Positions 10,115 to 18,000 of a stretch of DNA of 49,268 nt are shown here, one piece after another. Position 1 is the stretch's first letter; every line of letters begins with the position of its first letter. Under the pieces are notes generated by a model. That model did no database searches, was not told where the DNA came from, and was given only the letters and a program-made list of their open reading frames with translations. Source of the stretch: a virus (lineage: Duplodnaviria > Caudoviricetes); the IMG/VR virus record IMGVR_UViG_3300037511_000030, positions 1-49,268 of that record; one strand, given 5' to 3'. A program made the position numbers and the translations under genes.

Positions 10115-10608
10115 CACCACTGCCCCCATCCGGGGACGACGCCCCATCCCCACGGCCGCCGCGAGTCGCCAAGGTCGAAGTCGTCGAGCCCGAACATCTG
10201 GCCCTCGTACCGGTTGACCACGGTCACGGTCGTGTCGCCCTCGGTGGGCGTCGGGAACGGGAGCACGAGCGTGCCCTTGTCGAGCGCGTCGAGCTGAGCC
10301 GTCACGGCCGCGTAGCGGAGCCGAATCGGGTCGTCCGGCGCGATGTCCTGCCCCCGCGAGTAGGTGAGCGTCGCGAAGTAGGCCGCTGTGACGCTGGACC
10401 AGTCCCTCAGCAGCCCCGCAGCGTCGTACGTGGCCACGTCCACCGGCACCACGTAGTGGGAGCCCAGACGGGCGTTCAGCGTCGCGTCGGCGCGCGTGAT
10501 GGCATCGTTCAGGGCCGCGTCGTCGAAGCCTGCGGCGGTCTCGTCGTCGGTCTGGAGACCGTCCGGAGAGAGCACCTGCCGCACGTCGGCCGGTGTGCTG
10601 TACGACAT
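10114..10608 (-). CDS. Head-to-tail adaptor (Mu gp36/DUF1320-like)
   Basis: MSYSTPADV, AITRADATLNARLG.HY.VP and LRY.A...L..L..G.L.L patterns. Confidence 0.8.
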   Translation of the reverse strand: MSYSTPADVRQVLSPDGLQTDDETAAGFDDAALNDAITRADATLNARLGSHYVVPVDVATYDAAGLLRDWSSVTAAYFATLTYSRGQDIAPDDPIRLRYAAVTAQLDALDKGTLVLPFPTPTEGDTTVTVVNRYEGQMFGLDDFDLGDSRRPWGWGVVPGWGQW

Positions 10609-10623
10609 GCCGCTCTCCTCGGG

Positions 10624-10860
10624 TCAGTTCTGCTTGCGGGTGGCCGGGCGCGGTGCGGGCGCGGCCTTCTTGGGTGCGGGAGCCGGGGCCTGCTTCTCCT
10701 CGGCCTTCTTCTCGGTCTTCGCCGGGGGGTCGACGGACACGGCCGCGCCGATCGAGATCAGGTACTCGGCCCGGTCCTTGCGCACGTCGTGCTCCTCGTG
10801 GAGCCCGCCGCGCTTGTCGTCTCCGAGGTTGGCCGAAGCCACCGTCAGCCGGATCTTCAT
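10624..10860 (-). CDS. Small virion-module protein with Lys/Pro/Ala-rich tail
   Basis: ATG at 10860 (MKIRLTV...RAEYLISIGAA), typical of the small gene following a capsid gene. Confidence 0.7.
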   Translation of the reverse strand: MKIRLTVASANLGDDKRGGLHEEHDVRKDRAEYLISIGAAVSVDPPAKTEKKAEEKQAPAPAPKKAAPAPRPATRKQN

Positions 10861-10886
10861 TGCGTTTACACCCTCTTCGTGACGAA

Positions 10887-10917
10887 GGGGGCCGCCCCGT
10901 GTTCCGGAGCGGCCCCC
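10887..10917 (-). terminator. Hairpin after major capsid gene
   Basis: Minus strand gggggccgctccg-gaaca-cggggcggccccc followed by TTCGT. Confidence 0.6.
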
Positions 10918-10940
10918 GCCGGGTTGCCGGGATCGTGCGA

Positions 10941-11906
10941 TCAGAAGTTCGCGATCGAGCTGGACCCGCCGTTGACGCCGGTGATGACGAGACCCGCCTT
11001 GGGCTGGTCGATGAAGACCGCGCTCATGCGGGTGACGTCGGTACGCCACGTCTCGGTGGGCTTGTGCTCGTACAGCGGCGTGGCGCCAAGGGCGCGCTCG
11101 TCGCTGATGCCGCCGACCGTCTTGGACTCCAGCAGGATCGCCTTGTCCGGGTCGAGCCTCCACGAGCGGACGATGTTCAGGTTGAACGCCTTCATGAACA
11201 GCTCGGTGGCCGAACCGGTCACGAGCGGCTGCTGAGTGGCGGCCGAACCGACCCCGAGCACCTTCGCGATGTCCGCGTTCAGCAGCATCAGGGAGGCCAC
11301 ACGGTCGTTGATGACGATCGTGTCGGGGTTGAAGTGGAACTTCTGCTCGCCGGTGCCGTCCGTGGTGTCCGCGTCGGCGTTCTGGATGTTGTAGATCGCC
11401 TTCGCGAGGTCCGCGTAGATGCCGTTACCGGCGGTCGACGCTGCGGTGTTGACCCACGAGTTGGACGACGTGTACGTCCCGAGCGCCGCGAGCAGCGCGG
11501 TCAGGAACACGTCCTCGTAGGTCTTGGCGAAGCTGTTCTTCAGCTTCACCATGTCCTGCTGGACCTTGTCGAAGTTGTTGCGGTCGATGGACTCCTGCGA
11601 GATCCGGAACCCGAGCGCCTTCTTCACGCTCTTCGCGACCTTCGGCGTGCCGACCTGCGTGGTGGTCAGCGGGATCTCGCCGAACTCCTCCACGTTCATC
11701 GGGCCGTCGTCGGCGTACAGCGGCTCACTCTCGGAGAAGATGAGCGAACCGCCGGGGATCGGCGGGCCCTGCCGCAGCAGCTTGTCGACCATGAAGCCCT
11801 GGCCGACCATGCTGATGATGCGCTTCGGCACGAGGGCCGGGCTCTTGACGAGCTGGTTGACAGTCAGCCGGGGGCCGTCGTCGCTCGCCGTGATGCGGTA
11901 CGTCAT
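10941..11906 (-). CDS. Major capsid protein
   Basis: 321 aa with VEEFGEIPL, KKALGFRISQE, PDTIVIN and terminal IDQPKA.VITG motifs of HK97-fold capsids; lies after scaffold and decoration genes. Confidence 0.92.
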   Translation of the reverse strand: MTYRITASDDGPRLTVNQLVKSPALVPKRIISMVGQGFMVDKLLRQGPPIPGGSLIFSESEPLYADDGPMNVEEFGEIPLTTTQVGTPKVAKSVKKALGFRISQESIDRNNFDKVQQDMVKLKNSFAKTYEDVFLTALLAALGTYTSSNSWVNTAASTAGNGIYADLAKAIYNIQNADADTTDGTGEQKFHFNPDTIVINDRVASLMLLNADIAKVLGVGSAATQQPLVTGSATELFMKAFNLNIVRSWRLDPDKAILLESKTVGGISDERALGATPLYEHKPTETWRTDVTRMSAVFIDQPKAGLVITGVNGGSSSIANF

Positions 11907-11928
11907 GTCTCAGATCCTCCCTGTCCGC

Positions 11929-12393
11929 TCAGTAGATCCGAGCCAGACCGACACCACCGGCGGAGACACCGCCGGGCTCGGCGCATTCGCCGACGATCTT
12001 CTCTGCGCCGTCCGTGCCGGACACCCACGGGGTGACGCCACCGGTGACGCCGTCGCTCGCCGCCGGAGTGACGACGGCCGCCTTCAGCTTCGCGCCCACG
12101 GTGGTCGCGCCGACGAAGTGCATCTTGAAGTACCCGCGCTCGGCCGCGACCTGAGCCGGGGGACCGGACGCGTCGAGCAGGAAGTCACCCTCTCCGGTGG
12201 TGGACTCCGGGTCGTACGTACCGCGCGCGTTCTTGGTGGCGACGCCCACGACGGTGCCGGAACCCGCGCTCGCGGGCTGGATCACGCCACCGGTGACGAC
12301 CTCCACGAGGTCACCGCCCACGACCGCCTTGTCCGACTTCACCGTGTAGGTGATCGGGGCGTCGACCGTGAAGCGGGGGGAAACTCCGCTCAT
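11929..12393 (-). CDS. Capsid decoration/cement protein
   Basis: Gly/Val-rich beta-type 154 aa protein (VVGGDLVEV, VVGVA, IVGEC) between scaffold and capsid. Confidence 0.7.
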   Translation of the reverse strand: MSGVSPRFTVDAPITYTVKSDKAVVGGDLVEVVTGGVIQPASAGSGTVVGVATKNARGTYDPESTTGEGDFLLDASGPPAQVAAERGYFKMHFVGATTVGAKLKAAVVTPAASDGVTGGVTPWVSGTDGAEKIVGECAEPGGVSAGGVGLARIY

Positions 12394-12433
12394 GTCTCTT
12401 CTCTCCTAGCTCGCTGCTTCGCCGGTCGCCCGG

Positions 12434-13573
12434 TCAGCTCTGGTTTCCGCCGGTCGGGAACATCTTCTCCCACATCTGGAGAGCGTCCGAGTCCTCGTCC
12501 TTGGCGCCGTCGCCGGACTCCTGCGAGAAGTCGAGCGAGTGGCCGCGCTCCTGCGCGAGTGCGATGTAGCCGGACGCGGAGTCGAGAAGCTGACGCACGA
12601 TGTGGGCCGCGTCGACCTTCTGGTCTCCGTCGACACCGTTCGAGAGGTCGATGGTGAAGCCGTCCGGGGCTTCGAGCACCGGCCGGGCCAGCTCCACGAG
12701 GGCCGGGGGAACGCCACGGCGGACGTAGTCGCGCTTGTCGGCTTCGAACTTCTGCTTGGCGTTGTCGGCCTTCAGCTTCGCGATCTCGGCGTTGGCGAGT
12801 TCGATCGCCGTACCGCCGGAGTTCGAGAGGGAGGCTCCGGCACCGGCGGGCTCGCGGTCTCCCGCGCCCTCGTTCCCGTTGCCCTCGTCGCCTTCGCCCT
12901 CGTCCTCGTCGCCGTCGCCCTCGTCGTCCACTTCGGTGTCGTCGAGGTCCAGTTCGGCCAGAAGGGCTTCGTACTCCTCGCGGGTGAGACCGTCGATCAG
13001 GTCGTCGCCGCTCTGCTTTCCTGCCACGGTCTCTTCTCCCTCGTAGGCAGACTGAGTGAGGTCCACGACCTCGTCCCCGGAATCGTAGCCGCTCAGCGCG
13101 ACTTCGGTCCAAGCACCGAGCCCGGGAATGCGGGGGTCGAGAGTCATCAGCACGTGCTGCATGGCGCGAGGGAAGGTCTTGCCGTCGCTCCGGGCGTAGC
13201 CCTCCACGATCCGGGCGGAGACTCCGAGCTTCGGATTCTCCTTCACCATCTTGGCCGCGTCGGCGCTCAGCTCGAACGTGCCGTAAAGGCCGTCCTCCGC
13301 CACCTCTACGCCCTTGACCTCTCCCCGGAAGCGGGACGGGTCCATGGTGTGCGCGTTGTCCTTGTCCGCGAGCATCGCGGCCACCTGGTCGTAGGCACCC
13401 GCGTGGAAGGACTGCGCGAGGTCGGTCAGATACGCCTCGTCGAAGGTGATCTTCCGGCCCTTGTAGTCGATGGACCCCTTGGGGAGGATCTTCTTCCTGA
13501 AGAGGGTCTGGGACAGCTCCACGACGTCCCCGGAATCGGTGGGCGTCAGCAGGACGTCGGCCATGGTCGGCAC
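12434..13573 (-). CDS. Prohead protease / scaffold fusion (Mu gpI-like)
   Basis: N-terminal NAHT..., GVSARI and HVLMTLDPRIPGL motifs followed by an acidic linker and coiled coil; AAGGAG RBS before GTG at 13573. Confidence 0.85.
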   Translation of the reverse strand: MPTMADVLLTPTDSGDVVELSQTLFRKKILPKGSIDYKGRKITFDEAYLTDLAQSFHAGAYDQVAAMLADKDNAHTMDPSRFRGEVKGVEVAEDGLYGTFELSADAAKMVKENPKLGVSARIVEGYARSDGKTFPRAMQHVLMTLDPRIPGLGAWTEVALSGYDSGDEVVDLTQSAYEGEETVAGKQSGDDLIDGLTREEYEALLAELDLDDTEVDDEGDGDEDEGEGDEGNGNEGAGDREPAGAGASLSNSGGTAIELANAEIAKLKADNAKQKFEADKRDYVRRGVPPALVELARPVLEAPDGFTIDLSNGVDGDQKVDAAHIVRQLLDSASGYIALAQERGHSLDFSQESGDGAKDEDSDALQMWEKMFPTGGNQS

Positions 13574-13649
13574 TCCTTCGGTCTGTGGCAGCAGGATAAC
13601 GGATCAGCCGCGAAGCCTCGTCTACGACTACGAAGCCAAAAGAACACCC

Positions 13650-13897
13650 TAGTTACACGTAAGTTACACCTATAGTTACAAGATCAATTATGATGTTTTT
13701 CCACGTCAAGGGCCCTTTTCGTGTCCGAGGTTACACATAACAGTGATCGTTTTGATGTCACACGCCCGCAGGCGGGTGATCCGGTCTCCTATGGCCCCCT
13801 CGTTTCGCTGGAGCCGTAACTTTCAGTTCGATCTTCATCGTCGCAGGTCAGAGGGTGTTTCCGAAGTTACAGTGGGGTGTTCCCGTAGGTGTAACTT
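13650..13897. repeat. AT-rich locus with GTTACAC iteron-like repeats (origin-like locus II)
   Basis: GTTACAC at 13652, 13663 and 13730; GTTACAA at 13675; GTTACAG at 13866; inverted GTGTAAC at 13889; GCAGGTCAGA at 13843. Confidence 0.75.
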
Positions 13898-13932
13898 GGG
13901 CCTAGCCTTGCTCTTCAGCTATGCTGTTCCAC

Positions 13933-14190
13933 ATGGCTACAGCACAGAGCGTCAAGGACTTCCTTCTCCTCCGTACGGTCGCGGACCGTAACGCGGTGAT
14001 CCCCATGGACGAGTTCCGCCGCGAGTGCCGCAAGTGGTGTTTCGAGCAGGGCTACAACCCGCCGACCGGCCGTCTGATCACGCGCGTCATGCGTGAGTAC
14101 GGGTACGACCCGACCGGCGCCCGGTACGAGTGGTACTACGGCGGGGTGCGCTGGTACGTCGAAGGTGAGAAGAAGGGGGTTGTGGAGTAG
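13933..14190 (+). CDS. Stand-alone winged-helix protein resembling the C-terminal DNA-binding domain of P4/D5-type primase-helicases
   Basis: SVKDFL...IPMDEFRRECRKWCFEQGYNP.TGR.ITR.MREYG...YYGGVRW pattern. TATGCT lies 7 nt before the ATG, so the mRNA may be leaderless. Confidence 0.6.
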   Translation: MATAQSVKDFLLLRTVADRNAVIPMDEFRRECRKWCFEQGYNPPTGRLITRVMREYGYDPTGARYEWYYGGVRWYVEGEKKGVVE

Positions 14191-14238
14191 CAAGGCAGCG
14201 TGGTACTGTTTACACATCAGCAAGGGGAACAGAACCCC
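14180..14238 (+). promoter_or_regulatory. Phage promoter with leader hairpin
   Basis: TTGTGG-N18-TACTGT preceded by TGG, an overlapping GTTTACAC, then GGGG-AACAGAA-CCCC. Confidence 0.65.
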
Positions 14239-14259
14239 GAGCGAGACGAGAGGCCGATC

Positions 14260-14736
14260 ATGGCGAACCTGAAGTTCCTCACCGTGCACACCGCGAACGG
14301 CGACTTCCACACGCTGCGCACCCTCACCGAGGACGGGCTGACGGTCCTCGCGGACTACAACCTCTACCCCGTGCGGCCCGCGCCCGAGTACCTGAAGTGG
14401 GTGGGCCCCGCGTACATGGACAACCTCGGCCGCTCGGCCTGGCGTCTCGGCCGCAACGTCGCGGGCACGCTGGTGGCCTGGAAGTCGATCAAGACCTCTC
14501 GTCGCTTCGGCCGCGAGTCGTACAGGATGCGCTCGGTCCCGGGCGGCTACAAGGGCGACTTCGTCACCTCGTGGTCCCGCGCGATCAACGGCAAGACCTA
14601 CAGCTTCTCGCGGATCTTCTGGAACGCGGGCAAGGAAGGCTGCACCCTCCGCGTCTACGCGGGCCAGTCCACGAAGGTGCTGCACGAGTGGCACGTCAAG
14701 GGCCCCGTGTCCATGAAGGGCAAGAAGAGCGCCTGA
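14260..14736 (+). CDS. Hypothetical basic, aromatic-rich protein (moron-like)
   Basis: 158 aa, good GC3 codon usage, GAGAGG RBS, with its own promoter and terminator. Confidence 0.8.
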   Translation: MANLKFLTVHTANGDFHTLRTLTEDGLTVLADYNLYPVRPAPEYLKWVGPAYMDNLGRSAWRLGRNVAGTLVAWKSIKTSRRFGRESYRMRSVPGGYKGDFVTSWSRAINGKTYSFSRIFWNAGKEGCTLRVYAGQSTKVLHEWHVKGPVSMKGKKSA

Positions 14737-14753
14737 GCGCCCCCAGGAAGGCC

Positions 14754-14797
14754 GAACGGCCCCCCGCCGGTCCACAGAGACCAGTGAGGGGCCGTTC
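14754..14797. terminator. Hairpin between convergent genes
   Basis: gaacggcccc ... ggggccgttc inverted repeat. Confidence 0.65.
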
Positions 14798-14804
14798 GCC
14801 TGTC

Positions 14805-15083
14805 CTAGCCCTGCTGGGGCTTCTTGTTGGCCGCGAGCCCGAGCTTGGCCCGGATGCGCCGCGCGAGGTCCCGGCGCTGCCCGCCCGTGAGCTTCTTCGG
14901 GGTGGCGCCCTTCGGAGGGGCACCGTTTACACGCGGGCTGGCCTTGTGGGTCAGCTCCCACCCCATGTCGTCCTGACGGCCGCGAGCGGCCTTCTCAGCG
15001 GCGAGCTGGTCGGCCACGGTGGGCTTTGCCAGGACGCCCTTCGTGCCGTCTCCTGACGGGCCCTGGGGCTTGCTGAGTGCCAT
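14805..15083 (-). CDS. Small basic hypothetical protein
   Basis: ATG at 15083 with GGAGG RBS, directly after the polyvalent protein stop. Confidence 0.75.
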   Translation of the reverse strand: MALSKPQGPSGDGTKGVLAKPTVADQLAAEKAARGRQDDMGWELTHKASPRVNGAPPKGATPKKLTGGQRRDLARRIRAKLGLAANKKPQQG

Positions 15084-15095
15084 GCTGCCCACCTC

Positions 15096-18000
15096 CTAGA
15101 TGGTGTTCTTCGGGTGCGTCGCACCGGTGCTGACAACCTCGGTGGTGATCCGGCGCTGACCGCCGATCATCTCGTCCTTGATCACGCGGTAGGTGCAGCC
15201 GCGCGGAAGCAGGATCTCCTGCTCGGACGTCGAGCACGACACCACCTTGTTGTGGTTCACGTCGATCGCCTTCGTCCCCTTCGGGATGCGCACCTCCATG
15301 ACCACCTTGCCCGACCACGCGGACGTGGACTTCGACGTCGAGCCGTACCCGTAGTCGGTGTACTCGTCGCCCTCGGTCATGGGCGGCGGGAACGCCGGGA
15401 ACTGGCCGTTCGTCTTCATCTTCCGGATCGTCACCGTGTCTTCCTTCAGACCCGGCGCGTCCGCGAAAGCCTCGTCCATCAGCTTGATGCGCTTCGTGAT
15501 CGCATCGGTCTGCGCGGACTGGCCACGGAGCTGAGCGTTGATCGGGGTGTACGAGTACGAGCCCTCGCCCGTGTACCCGAGCAGCGCGCCCACGGTGTGC
15601 GCCGGAGGCTTCCACCCGCCGGTGACGTCCGTCGAGCCGTCCGGGTGGTGGTACCCGGCCGCCTTCGCCTCGTCGAAGAACGCGGACGAGAGCTGAGGAA
15701 CCGGAGTCGATGGCTGCATGGAGTTGTAGAGGTCGACCTCAACAGAGTTCGGGTCGAACTTCTTGCCGTGCTTCTTCTCGAAGTCGGCGAGCGCCTTCTG
15801 AACGGCCTTCGCCTTCGCCGTGTCCTGCTCGGGCGAAGTCGTCGGCTTGTTCATCAGAGCCATGACGGTGTTGCCGTCCTTGAACATGCCCGGACCGGGA
15901 AGAGTCACGGACCAATCCGGCTCTTTCGGCTCGGGCGCGTTGATGGAAGGCTTCTCCGGCGCCGCAGCGGTCTTCTTGGCCGGGACAGTCTTCTTCGCGG
16001 CCACGGTCTTCTTGGACGCGCCGCCCCAACCCATCTTCTTGAAGAGCTGAGCCGTCTTGTCCTTCATCGCCGCGTCCGTGACGCCGTCGTCCGCGAGCGC
16101 CTTCTTCATCGTCGCGAGCTTCTTCAGGTTCGCGGGAGTCGGCTTCACCTTTGCCTTGGCGGCGGCGTGAAGGTAGTCATCCCACTGACCGTAAGTGCCC
16201 GGGTCCATGAAGTCGTGCTCTTCGAGAATCCCGTCGATGTTGTCGGCGAGACCTTCGAGCTGATTCGCGGCCGTCATGCCAGGGCCAAGACCGGAACTCG
16301 AAGCCGGGGGCTCAGCAGCCTTAGCGGCGGCCTTCGCCTTCTCGGCTTCCTGCGTCTTCGCGATGGACTTCTTCATGTGCTTGGTCGCAGCGTCGAAGTG
16401 CATCGCCTGATCGCCGGTCTGCCCGAGATCCTGGAACGCCTTGCCCGCCTTCTGGTGCGCGAGCGCAGCGGCCTTGTGCGCATCCGCCGTGTCCGCCGCG
16501 TTCGCGGTAACAGTCTGGTGGAACGCCTCTTCCCCGAGCTTGTTCGCGTCGGCCATCTTCTGCTTGTGCTCGATAGCCTTCTTCGCGAATTCGGCCGCGT
16601 TCTTTTCGGCCTCCGCCTTCTTCGCCTTGATCTGCGGAGTGACGGTAAGACCGTTGTCGGTCATGTGCTTCTCAAGTTCGCCGTACTTGTCGGCGGCGTA
16701 CTTGTACTGCTGCGCCTTCGCCTTCATCGCCGGAGTGTTGTTGTCCGGCTTCGCGTCGGCTTCGTTGTGGAGCTTCGTCGCGTCGGTCAGAAGGTCGAGC
16801 GCCTTCGACTGAGCGGCCTTCTTCTTCTCCGCCGCGTCCGCGAGAGCCTTTTCGGCCTTCGCCTTCTCGTCGGCCGCCTTCGCCTTCTGCTCGGCCTCGT
16901 ACTTCGCCTTCGCGTCCTGCGTGGCCTTCTCGGCGCTCTTCAACTGCTGCGCCTTCTTCGCCCACGCCTGAGCGTTCGCCTTGTGGCTCTGCGCCGCCTG
17001 CTCGTTGCCCACCTTCTTGTGCGCCACGAACGCGTCGGCGTGCTTCTTCGCCGCCACCTGAGCGTCGGCCACCGACTTCGTCTTGTTGGCGGTGGCGGAA
17101 GCAGCGTTGGCCGCGTCGCTCTTCTCCTTGGCCTGAGCGGCGGAAGGAGTGGCGGGCTTCAGCGCGTCGCCCTTCGGCGCCTGCTTGTTGGCCGCGAGCT
17201 TGTAGCCGGACTGCTCCGGCTTGGCCGAACCGATGGACTTCGTGTGCGCGGCCTTCAGCTTGGCCGGGTTGTTCTGGCCGCCGTGCCGGTCCGGGACGAA
17301 GACCTTGCCCTTGCCACTCGGGTGGTTCTCGAAGTGGCCGTGTGTGATGCCGCCCGACTTGTGGCCGTGCTGCTTCGCGAGACCGCCGCCGAACTTCCCG
17401 CGCGACGGGATGGCCGGGTTGATGAGAATCCAGTTGTGCTTGTACCGGAACGCCAGGTGACCCTTCGGGCTGTTGCCCGCAAGGTCGATGACGTTTACAC
17501 CCCACGGCACGTTCGCGAGCGCGGTCGCGCGCTCGGCCGCGTTCTTGTAGCTCCGGCGCTTCACCTTCGGAGCGGGCTTGGCCGTCGCCGCCTTCTTCGC
17601 GGTCGTCGCGGCCTTCTTCGCCACCGTGGCCGCAGGAGTCTTCGGCGCCGTCACCTTCTGCCCGGCGACGTCCACCTTCCGGTTCGCGTCGGCCTGCTTC
17701 TTGTTCTGCGCCTCCACGTACGCCACCACGCGCTGCTGCTGCGGGGTGAGCGCACGACCGGCCTTCAGGTCGGCCTGAGCCTGCTTGTAGGCCGCCGCGA
17801 TCTGCCGCTGACGCTCCTTCTCCTTGGCCGCCTTCTCCCGCTCGGCCTTGTGCGCGGCCGTCGCCTTCACAGACGCCTCGTGCTTCGCCTGAGCGGCCTC
17901 GTGCGCCTTCGCCGACTTCTCCTTGTTGGCCGCCTGCCGGTCGAGCGCCGCCTTGTGCTTGGCCGCCGCCTTCGCCTTCGCCGCTGCGGCCTTCTTCGGC

